A DNA stretch of 64,000 nucleotides. Source: Candidatus Omnitrophota bacterium (GTDB lineage: Bacteria; Omnitrophota; Gorgyraeia; Zapsychrales; Fredricksoniimonadaceae). Of this stretch, positions 7,173 through 13,950 are shown one piece after another. The position numbers and the translations under genes were made by a program. The stretch is from positions 32,623-96,622 of the forward strand of contig CAWHFJ010000011.1 of NCBI GenBank assembly GCA_963828495.1, read 5' to 3'. The notes beneath the pieces are model-generated. The model saw only the letters and a program-made list of their open reading frames with translations. It had not been told where the DNA came from and searched no databases. Numbering within the stretch: position 1 is the first letter of the stretch; every line of letters starts with the position of its first letter.

Positions 7173-9581
7173 TTATGAGCAGAAAACTATCGCATGCGTT
7201 GAACCAGAGGCGCTGGATGCCGGCCCTGTTCCGGCAGCATTCGTGGCTGTTACTGTAAATGTATAAGACGCCCCATAGGTCAATCCCATCACAGTCAACG
7301 GACTCCCTGTTCCTGTCCCTGTCAAAGAACCGGGATTAGATGTGGCTGTGTAGGACGTGATCGCGCTGCCACCATTTGATGCCGGCGGTGTGAAGGTAAC
7401 GGTCGCTTCTGCGGCGTCCGCGGGGCCCCCATCTATATAATATCCACACTGACTGGCGGCAACACCGGTTGGCGCTCCAGGCACGGTGTAGGGTGTGACT
7501 GAATTAGACGCGCTTGATGCTGCCGAAGTCCCTACGGAGTTTGTTGCCGTGACTGTAAATGTATACGACGTGCCATTGGTCAAGCCTGTGACAGTCCCCG
7601 GACTGCTTGTGCAAGGCTGTATTTGACCGAAACTTGACATTACCGTATAGGACGTTATCGCGCATCCGCCATCTAAGGTCGGTGGCGTAAACGTCACTGT
7701 GGCCTGTGCATTGCCTGCAGTCGCGCTACCTATGACTGGAGGCGCAGGGACACTACAGCTAGACGAACAAGTATTCTTAACAGCCACATTATGTACTAAG
7801 AAACTATCCGCATAATAGTCATGACCTCCGTCTAATTTGGGGTTATAAACAACGGAATCTTTAGCTGTTTTAAATTCAATCTTGTTAATACGCACCTTGC
7901 CGCTAAGAGTAACAAGCTCGTCGCCTATTTTAAGTTGTCCTATTTTAAGCTTAGGGTTTTCCTTCCTGGCTATTTGAGGATTAAGCGCCTTCCATCCATC
8001 GGTGGTCATAAAACTATGGCTGTCCGTCACAAAATACCGCCCGCCGTTAAAGGCGTAAACCTTCCAGTCTTGCCTGCGCCTGATCATAAGCTCAAGTAGC
8101 TTGTTATGCCCGCCTTGAGCACCTTGAAGAATATCCCCACCTTTAAGATCTTGAATTTCTACGATCCTGCCGTTGGCTAGTAAGATCTTAGTTCCTGAGA
8201 CAAAACATCCCAAATAATGGCAAATGCTGCTGCAACATTGTGAATCACTAGAACAGCCCAAGCCATTATTTACACAGGGTGTCACCGCATTAGATGCGCT
8301 TGATGCAGGGCCTGTGCCAACAGCATTTGTCGCTGTAACTGTAAATGTATATGATGTGCCATTGGTCAAGCCCGTGACCGTCTGGCTGGTGCTTAATCCC
8401 GACGATGTCAATCCGCCAGGACTGGACGTGACCGTGTAGGATGTGATCGGGCTGCCGCCATTGGATGCAGGGGCGCTGAAAGTAACGGTCGCTGACGCAT
8501 TACCTGCCGTCGCGCTCACACCGGTTGGAGCGCCCGGAACAGTATACGCAACCGGTGTGACCGCATTAGATGCGCTTGATGCAGGGCCTGTGCCTACGAC
8601 ATTCGTTGCCGTTACTGTACATGAATAAGAATCACCATTGATAAGACCGGTCACCGTCTGTGAAGTGCTTAATCCTGATGATGAGCCTACAACGTCTACC
8701 ATTAGACTCTGACATACTACAGTATAAGATGTGATCGGGCTGCCGCCATTGGATGCAGGGGCGCTGAAAGTAACGGTCGCTGACGCATTACCTGCCGTCG
8801 CGCTCACACCGGTCGGAGCGCCCGGAACAGTATAGCATACACCGCTGATACAGCTGCCTGCACATACACTGCCGCAGCTGCCGCAATTACTCGCATCTGA
8901 ACTCAACGTGCTGCAAGTGCCATTGCAACCGGTCTGCCCGCCGGCACAGCAAGTCCCATTAGTGCAAATCTGACCGGCACTACATACGGTTAAGCTCGTC
9001 CCGCAATAGCCGGTATTCGAACTGACATCCACACAAGTGCCATTGTAACAACGCTTACCGCCGGTACAGCCGCCGCAGCTGTCTGTGGCTGCGCCTGCCC
9101 CTGCCGTGTTGGCCGCACCAACATTACAGCCGCTGCCGTTGGTGACACACACAGCATTGTTGCTAATTGCAACTGAACCATTAGGGCCTATGCTCACCGA
9201 ACCATTGCCTGTCGGGCCTTTAGAATAAAGCACATAATATTTCCCGTTGGCAGAGACCTGATAACCATATTCCGTGCTATTGCCAGCGATGAAAGGATCG
9301 TACAAAACACTCCTAATAACCTTAGGGGACGCTTCGGTTAAAGTAGAAGCCCCCAGAGAAGTGCTTGAATTAGGATAGGTATTGTTGTTATTTAAATAGT
9401 AGGCTGTGACCGCCGCCTGCATGGTCTTAAGTTCAGCCTGGGCCTGGGAGAGTTTCCCCGAGTTCTGCATACCTTTATACATCGGCAGCCCGACGCTGAT
9501 CAAAATAGCCGCAACGGCAAAAATAACAAACAACTCTAATATGGTCTGGGATTTCTTATTAAGGAAGGCGGAAAAATTCAT
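7173..9581 (-). CDS. Giant pseudopilin fusion: GspG-like domain + Cys-rich region + 2 FN3 + Cys knot + Hint (BIL) domain + 2 FN3
   Basis: Single 802-aa ORF.
- aa 1-144 form a GspG-like pseudopilin: KKS|QTILELFVIFAVAAILISVGLP with Glu5, AELKTMQAAVTAYYLNNNNTYP, and LYDPF...YGYQV...YYVLYSKGPTGNG.
- aa 145-250 carry about 24 Cys.
- FN3 units begin PGAPTGVSATAGNASATVTFSAPASNGGSPITSYTV and end SYTFTVTATNAVGTGPASSASN.
- The Hint domain is aa 459-598. Confidence 0.85.
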   Translation of the reverse strand: MNFSAFLNKKSQTILELFVIFAVAAILISVGLPMYKGMQNSGKLSQAQAELKTMQAAVTAYYLNNNNTYPNSSTSLGASTLTEASPKVIRSVLYDPFIAGNSTEYGYQVSANGKYYVLYSKGPTGNGSVSIGPNGSVAISNNAVCVTNGSGCNVGAANTAGAGAATDSCGGCTGGKRCYNGTCVDVSSNTGYCGTSLTVCSAGQICTNGTCCAGGQTGCNGTCSTLSSDASNCGSCGSVCAGSCISGVCYTVPGAPTGVSATAGNASATVTFSAPASNGGSPITSYTVVCQSLMVDVVGSSSGLSTSQTVTGLINGDSYSCTVTATNVVGTGPASSASNAVTPVAYTVPGAPTGVSATAGNASATVTFSAPASNGGSPITSYTVTSSPGGLTSSGLSTSQTVTGLTNGTSYTFTVTATNAVGTGPASSASNAVTPCVNNGLGCSSDSQCCSSICHYLGCFVSGTKILLANGRIVEIQDLKGGDILQGAQGGHNKLLELMIRRRQDWKVYAFNGGRYFVTDSHSFMTTDGWKALNPQIARKENPKLKIGQLKIGDELVTLSGKVRINKIEFKTAKDSVVYNPKLDGGHDYYADSFLVHNVAVKNTCSSSCSVPAPPVIGSATAGNAQATVTFTPPTLDGGCAITSYTVMSSFGQIQPCTSSPGTVTGLTNGTSYTFTVTATNSVGTSAASSASNSVTPYTVPGAPTGVAASQCGYYIDGGPADAAEATVTFTPPASNGGSAITSYTATSNPGSLTGTGTGSPLTVMGLTYGASYTFTVTATNAAGTGPASSASGSTHAIVFCS
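7788..8207 (-). other. Hint / bacterial intein-like (BIL) domain, 140 aa, no endonuclease
   Basis: aa 459-598: CFVSGTKILLANGRIVEIQDL (intein block A with Cys1), VTDSHSF (TxxH block B), and VVYNPKLDGGHDYYADSFLVHN (blocks F/G ending His-Asn). The residue after Asn is Val (HN|VAVKNTC). Hand counts give ~38% GC on the lines at 7801 and 7861, against 60% on the flanking FN3 line at 8461. Confidence 0.85.
8441..8834 (-). repeat. Intragenic tandem FN3-unit repeat with near-identical DNA
   Basis: 8441..8546 and 8729..8834 are 105/106 identical; the only difference is ccggtTggag versus ccggtCggag. The offset is 288 nt, or 96 codons. A second pair, 8281..8318 and 8557..8594, has 1 mismatch at an offset of 276 nt. 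Confidence 0.9.
8832..9149 (-). other. Cysteine-rich region (aa 145-250) of the 802-aa protein
   Basis: CVTNGSGCNVG...DSCGGCTGGKRCYNGTCVDVSSNTGYCGTSLTVCSAGQICTNGTCCAGGQTGCNGTCSTLSSDASNCGSCGSVCAGSCISGVC. These are repeated short C-x-G-x-C spacings. No family name can be assigned by eye. Confidence 0.6.
9150..9581 (-). other. GspG-like pseudopilin module of the 802-aa protein (aa 1-144)
   Basis: See the motifs listed for the parent CDS. The class III signal is unusual because Ser, not Gly, sits at position -1 and Gln at +1 (NKKS|QTILE). Confidence 0.7.
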
Positions 9582-9630
9582 GATTTAAAATTCTCGATGA
9601 CCTTAGGCCGTGTAAAATAGTATATCACCG

Positions 9631-10032
9631 CTATAGAAAATACGCCATCAATAATCCAGCGTATAATAACAGCGATCCAGGTAAAGGTCTGTAAAGAAAA
9701 CATCGAGCCGTATTGACGATACAGCGGCTCTGAAAAAAAAGCTGTGCGCTATAGGTGTGCCGTAAAGGAAGGGTGATGATACAATAGTACGCAAAAACCA
9801 CCAAAATTTTTCGAAACGCCTCGGAGAGACAAAGAACGCCTATCCCGCAGGCTAATCCCAGCAGCCTGAATATATAAGAACCGATAAAACGTATCTTAAG
9901 AAAAGGCCCTGCCCACTCATGATTGACTTGGGCATAAAAAGCATACGCGGGCATGTGGCGCAGTAAGTCCAGGGACGTGACAATCAGTATCACTCCGAAT
10001 ATGATGACGCCCAGGGGCCTCTTGTGTTTCAT
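9631..10032 (-). CDS. Hypothetical small membrane protein
   Basis: ORF 9631..10152 trimmed to MKHKRPLGVIIFGVILIVTSLDLL. Its ATG overlaps the recO stop as ATGA. It has several hydrophobic helices and no recognisable family. Confidence 0.45.
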   Translation of the reverse strand: MKHKRPLGVIIFGVILIVTSLDLLRHMPAYAFYAQVNHEWAGPFLKIRFIGSYIFRLLGLACGIGVLCLSEAFRKILVVFAYYCIITLPLRHTYSAQLFFQSRCIVNTARCFLYRPLPGSLLLYAGLLMAYFL

Positions 10033-10762
10033 GACAAAAATCTCGTCGAACGCAACTGGCGCTCCAGATGGAACACCAAAAAATGGTTCAATATGTATTT
10101 CAGCTCTTTCTTCACAAACGGGGCTAACCCTAAACGAATCGCGTCCCCCCATGCGTTCTTTTGAATATGCAGAATAGAGGCCACCGCCCCCGGAGAAATC
10201 GGCGTCGCCTCTCCCACAGGGTCCTGCATGCCGGACACAAAAGGCCTCCTAAACGCAAACTGAAACGCGGCCTTGCCGCCACCTGTTGGCTACAGCGCAC
10301 ACAAGCCTCCAAATGCGGCTGAAAACCTGACAATGATAAAATCTTGATCTGAAAAGTCTGGACTAATTTGCCCACATCCCGGGTCGTTTGCAGACTTTTT
10401 AAAAAAGCCCGGGTCAACTCATAAATCTCCAGGTTCTCTTCTTCCGGCGGCATCAGCGCATCAATCAACTCCGAGGCATAGCTGGCAGCTGTCATACACT
10501 CTAAATCCCGACGAAAACCCGCAAAAAAATCTTTCATGTCGCAATGGCTGACTAAATGCAGATCGCTGTTGCGGTATTGGTAATAAACGATATCATTGAC
10601 GGAGAATTTATCGACGCTGGAGCCGAATTTTTGAGGGTCGCGGCGGATGCCTTTTAAAACACCTTTGACCTTGCCGAAATCCCGTGTAAAAAAGGTGGCA
10701 ATGCGGCTGGTCTCACGGAAATCAAAGGTCTTGAGTACAATGCCTTCAGTTTTTACAATCAT
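10029..10762 (-). CDS. recO: DNA repair protein RecO (apparent 1-nt frameshift near 10225)
   Basis: The N-terminus MIVKTEGIVLKTFDFRETSRIATFFTRDFGKVKGVLKG and the CxxC...CPAC zinc motif lie in ORF 10130..10762. The conserved C-terminus (DPVGEATPISPGAVASILHIQKNAW...LERQLRSTRFL) continues in ORF 10029..10238 in another frame, directly after CPAC. Confidence 0.8.
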
Positions 10763-10765
10763 GCC

Positions 10766-10792
10766 TTGATTATGTCAAAACTGTGATATAAT
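10766..10792 (+). promoter_or_regulatory. Sigma70-type promoter with an extended -10, placed for a (near-)leaderless transcript of the ExeA-like gene
   Basis: TTGATT (10766..10771), a 15-nt spacer, then TGaTATAAT (-10 at 10787..10792). Only 8 nt (tcaaggta) separate the -10 from the ATG at 10801. Confidence 0.45.
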
Positions 10793-10800
10793 TCAAGGTA

Positions 10801-11622
10801 ATGTATAAAGATTTTTATAAGCTCAAAGAACTGCCCTTTAACATCACCTCCGACCCGGATTTCTTTTTTTCTCCATCGCGCCACGAAGAGGCCTTCAATC
10901 ATCTGATTTACGGCATCAACTCACGTAAAGGCATCATTGTGATTACCGGTGAGATCGGCACGGGCAAAACAACACTTTGCCGCACCCTGCTTAACCGTCT
11001 GGACAAAACAGTTAAAACCGCGCTCATCTTAAACCCCAGTTTTTCAGATTTACAATTGCTGCAGATGATCATCAATGATCTAGATATCCGCTATACTAAA
11101 AAAAACAAACTTGATCTGGTGGGCGCCATCACCCTGTTTTTAATCGAACAATCCGCCAAAGGTAATAATGTGGCCGTCATCATCGACGAATGCCAAAATC
11201 TGAACATCCGCCAATTAGAACAGATACGGCTTTTATCCAATCTGGAAACCGAAAAAGAAAAACTGCTGCAAATCATTTTGGTCGGCCAGCCGGAGTTGGT
11301 CGAAAAACTCAAAAACCCCGCCCTGCGCCAGCTGACCCAGCGGGTGACCGTGCGTTACCACATTCTTCCCCTGCAAAAAAAAGAGGTTGAAGATTATATC
11401 AAACACCGTCTAAGGATCGCCGGGGCTGATAGCAAACTGCATTTTACCCCGCAAGCCATTGAAACTATCTACGCCATCTCACAAGGCACACCACGGGTCA
11501 TCAATATCCTCTGCGACCGCGCTTTGCTCGCCGGATTCACGCGGGAAACATTTACTATCGACCATTCCATGATCCACGAAAGCGCCAAGGAGACGCAATA
11601 CGCTTATGAGTATCATTCATGA
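10801..11622 (+). CDS. ExeA/GspA-like AAA ATPase (secretin-assembly accessory family)
   Basis: 273 aa. LPFNITSDPDFFFSPSRHEEAFNHLIYGI, Walker A GEIGTGKTTL, Walker B VAVIIDECQNL, and ILVGQPEL. This is the typical ExeA / MshM (AAA_22) layout. There is no C-terminal peptidoglycan-binding domain. Confidence 0.85.
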   Translation: MYKDFYKLKELPFNITSDPDFFFSPSRHEEAFNHLIYGINSRKGIIVITGEIGTGKTTLCRTLLNRLDKTVKTALILNPSFSDLQLLQMIINDLDIRYTKKNKLDLVGAITLFLIEQSAKGNNVAVIIDECQNLNIRQLEQIRLLSNLETEKEKLLQIILVGQPELVEKLKNPALRQLTQRVTVRYHILPLQKKEVEDYIKHRLRIAGADSKLHFTPQAIETIYAISQGTPRVINILCDRALLAGFTRETFTIDHSMIHESAKETQYAYEYHS

Positions 11623-12199
11623 TGCCCTTAAAAAAGTCCAGCAAGGACGGACCCCTAAGGCCGACCCAACGCCAATCGGGCAGAACCTGCAAAGCAGACA
11701 GCTACAAAAACTCGCTGCGCAAAAATCCTCTATTGTCAAAATGATCACTTCTCTGCTGGCCATGCTTTGTGCCATGGCCATTACCGTCGTGGTTTTCAGC
11801 CTCATCTTTCAACAATTTCAAAAAAATATGCCCAAAGCCCAAAAATGGGCCAAAGATATTCCCAAAGTCAAAAAATTGGCCATGACATCATTGTCTACAA
11901 TTGATCCATAAAATACCACTACCTGATTTTAAAACCGGGGCCTCCCAAGAGCCCAAACCCTTAGCCCAGCTTATCGTCCCTTCCCTAGCCGCCTCTAATA
12001 CAACTCAACCCCACCCCTCCTTAACGCTGAACATCCAGGGGGTCATGGTGCCGATGATCATGACAATCTCGTTTTGATCAATGACCAGGTTTACCGGGAA
12101 GGCGATGAAATCAACGGCGCTAAAATCACAAAAATCAATTTAAACGCCATCACCATCATCAACAACGGCAAAGAAGAAACAATCAGCGTAGGGAAATAA
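11606..12199 (+). CDS. GspB/ExeB-like protein (two apparent frameshifts, near 11908 and 12050)
   Basis: The N-terminus MSIIHDALKKVQQG, followed by a TM helix, resembles GspB. Own translation of downstream frames gives ...SLTLNIQGVM and then GADDHDNLVLINDQVYREGDEINGAKITKINLNAITIINNGKEETISVGK*, a GspB C-terminal-domain pattern. The stop is at 12197..12199. Confidence 0.55.
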
Positions 12200-12215
12200 T
12201 TAGGCTAACTGCCGC

Positions 12216-13325
12216 TTAGTTGCTAACAACCAGGCGAGGCAAATAGGCCCGGATGGCTTGGGTAATAATTGCTGCAGGGATATTGCTGACAATTTTAACT
12301 TGACCGATCTTGGTAACCAAAACAAACCGGTTATGGCCTTTGCTGAATTTCTTATCATGCCGCATTAAATCCAGGATACGATCCAGACGAACACCCTTGA
12401 TTTTTTCCGGTAGGCCGACCTTCGTGATCAACTGATTAATACGCACTTCACAAGGAAGCTCTAAAAGCCCCATAGCCGCAGACATACGCGCCGCAACCCG
12501 CATGCCAAGGCCAACGGACTCGCCATGATGATACAACTTTAACCGGCCCGCGGCTTCCAGCGCATGTCCCGCCGTATGACCGAAATTAAGGACCGTGCGC
12601 AAATTTTTAGTTTCTTTTTCATCCTTGGTGACGATCTGCGCTTTAATCTCTGCGCAGCGACGGACAACATAATTTAAAACCGCGCTTTCCCCTTGGTAAA
12701 ATTTCTTATAATTAGCCTCAATAAAACCAAAAAGCTTAGGGTCACCAATGACCCCGTATTTAATGGCCTCAGCTAAACCGTTGCGGATTTGCCGCGGGCT
12801 TAACGTTTTCAGCAGCTTGGTATCGGTCACCACCAGCTTGGGCTGATAAAAAGCGCCTACCAAATTCTTGCCTGTTTCTAAATCAATGGCGGTCTTCCCA
12901 CCGATGGACGAATCAATCTGGGCCAGCAGCGTCGTAGGCACTTGAATATACGGCACCCCGCGTTTGTAAATGGCCGCCACAAACCCGCCCAGGTCCCCAA
13001 TCACCCCCCCGCCTAAAGCTATGATAAAAATCTTTTTATCTACATCATACGCGCTGATTTGCTTGATCAAACCCAACGCACAAGCAGCACTTTTGCTCTT
13101 TTCTCCCTGCGGGACATGTAAAATTTTAACCGTGTACCCTGCTTGCTTGAGGGCGGCAGATAATTTGCCCCCATGCAAGGCTTTAACCCGCGGGTCCGTA
13201 ATAATCAGCGCATCTTTCCCCAAACCCAGATGACGGATATACCGGGGAAATTCTGCTAAAATACCGTGACCAATGGCAATAGTATACGGATTATCTTTTA
13301 AACGGACAAAAACCTTGGCCATCAT
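12216..13325 (-). CDS. aroB: 3-dehydroquinate synthase
   Basis: GGGVIGDLGGFVAAIYKRGVPYIQVPTTLLAQIDSSIGGKTAID and LNFGHTAGHALE. The start was moved to the ATGATG at 13325. Confidence 0.9.
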   Translation of the reverse strand: MMAKVFVRLKDNPYTIAIGHGILAEFPRYIRHLGLGKDALIITDPRVKALHGGKLSAALKQAGYTVKILHVPQGEKSKSAACALGLIKQISAYDVDKKIFIIALGGGVIGDLGGFVAAIYKRGVPYIQVPTTLLAQIDSSIGGKTAIDLETGKNLVGAFYQPKLVVTDTKLLKTLSPRQIRNGLAEAIKYGVIGDPKLFGFIEANYKKFYQGESAVLNYVVRRCAEIKAQIVTKDEKETKNLRTVLNFGHTAGHALEAAGRLKLYHHGESVGLGMRVAARMSAAMGLLELPCEVRINQLITKVGLPEKIKGVRLDRILDLMRHDKKFSKGHNRFVLVTKIGQVKIVSNIPAAIITQAIRAYLPRLVVSN

Positions 13326-13945
13326 ATTTGTACCCCGATCCAATAACCCACCTGCTCTATCAAAGGATAAATAAATCTTAACATGCCCAGCTGCAAAAAC
13401 ACAATCAATATAATAATACCAAAAGGCTCCAAATGGCTATAGTAATACGCCAATTTCGCAGGTAAAAGTGCGGTCACCACCCTCGAGCCGTCCAAAGGCG
13501 GTATAGGGATCATGTTAAAAACCGCCAGAGTCAAATTCAGCATCACGGCCCACCCACAAATATTAGCCACACTGGATAAAGGCGGCCATATATAGCCTCT
13601 GGAAAAAATCCACGCTAGCGCGATATTCGTCAACGGCCCGGCCATGGCCACTAGCGCCATCCCCGTACGCCGCGGCTTTAAGTTTCTGAAATTAACCGGC
13701 ACCGGCTTGGCCCAACCAAAAAGGAACAAAGATCGGGTCAGTCCAAAATAATGCGCTAAAAAAAGACCCCCGGGCACCAAAAAACTGCCTACAGGATCCA
13801 TATGCTTGATCGGATTTAAAGTCAAACGGCCTCGATCACGGGCCGTGGGGTCGCCGAGTTTATACGCACACACCCCATGCGCGTATTCATGCAGGACAAT
13901 AGCGGGAACTACGGCAAAAACGATTAATAAAAGGACTTCTACCAT
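13322..13945 (-). CDS. Site-2 protease family protein (peptidase M50)
   Basis: 207 aa, polytopic. It has the HEYAHG zinc motif and the NMIPIPPLDGSR motif. Confidence 0.85.
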   Translation of the reverse strand: MVEVLLLIVFAVVPAIVLHEYAHGVCAYKLGDPTARDRGRLTLNPIKHMDPVGSFLVPGGLFLAHYFGLTRSLFLFGWAKPVPVNFRNLKPRRTGMALVAMAGPLTNIALAWIFSRGYIWPPLSSVANICGWAVMLNLTLAVFNMIPIPPLDGSRVVTALLPAKLAYYYSHLEPFGIIILIVFLQLGMLRFIYPLIEQVGYWIGVQI

Positions 13946-13950
13946 AACTC

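Noticed and set aside
7788-8207. Canonical self-splicing intein interpretation of the Hint domain.
   Set aside because: The +1 residue after the terminal His-Asn is Val, not Cys, Ser or Thr. The host is a secreted repeat protein rather than a conserved enzyme active site. A BIL/Hint autoprocessing domain fits better.
7173-9581. Regularly spaced near-identical repeats, considered as a possible CRISPR array or a diversity-generating retroelement target.
   Set aside because: The repeats are in-frame FN3 coding units of ~288 nt inside one ORF. There are no short direct repeats with unique spacers, no cas genes, no reverse transcriptase and no template repeat in the window.
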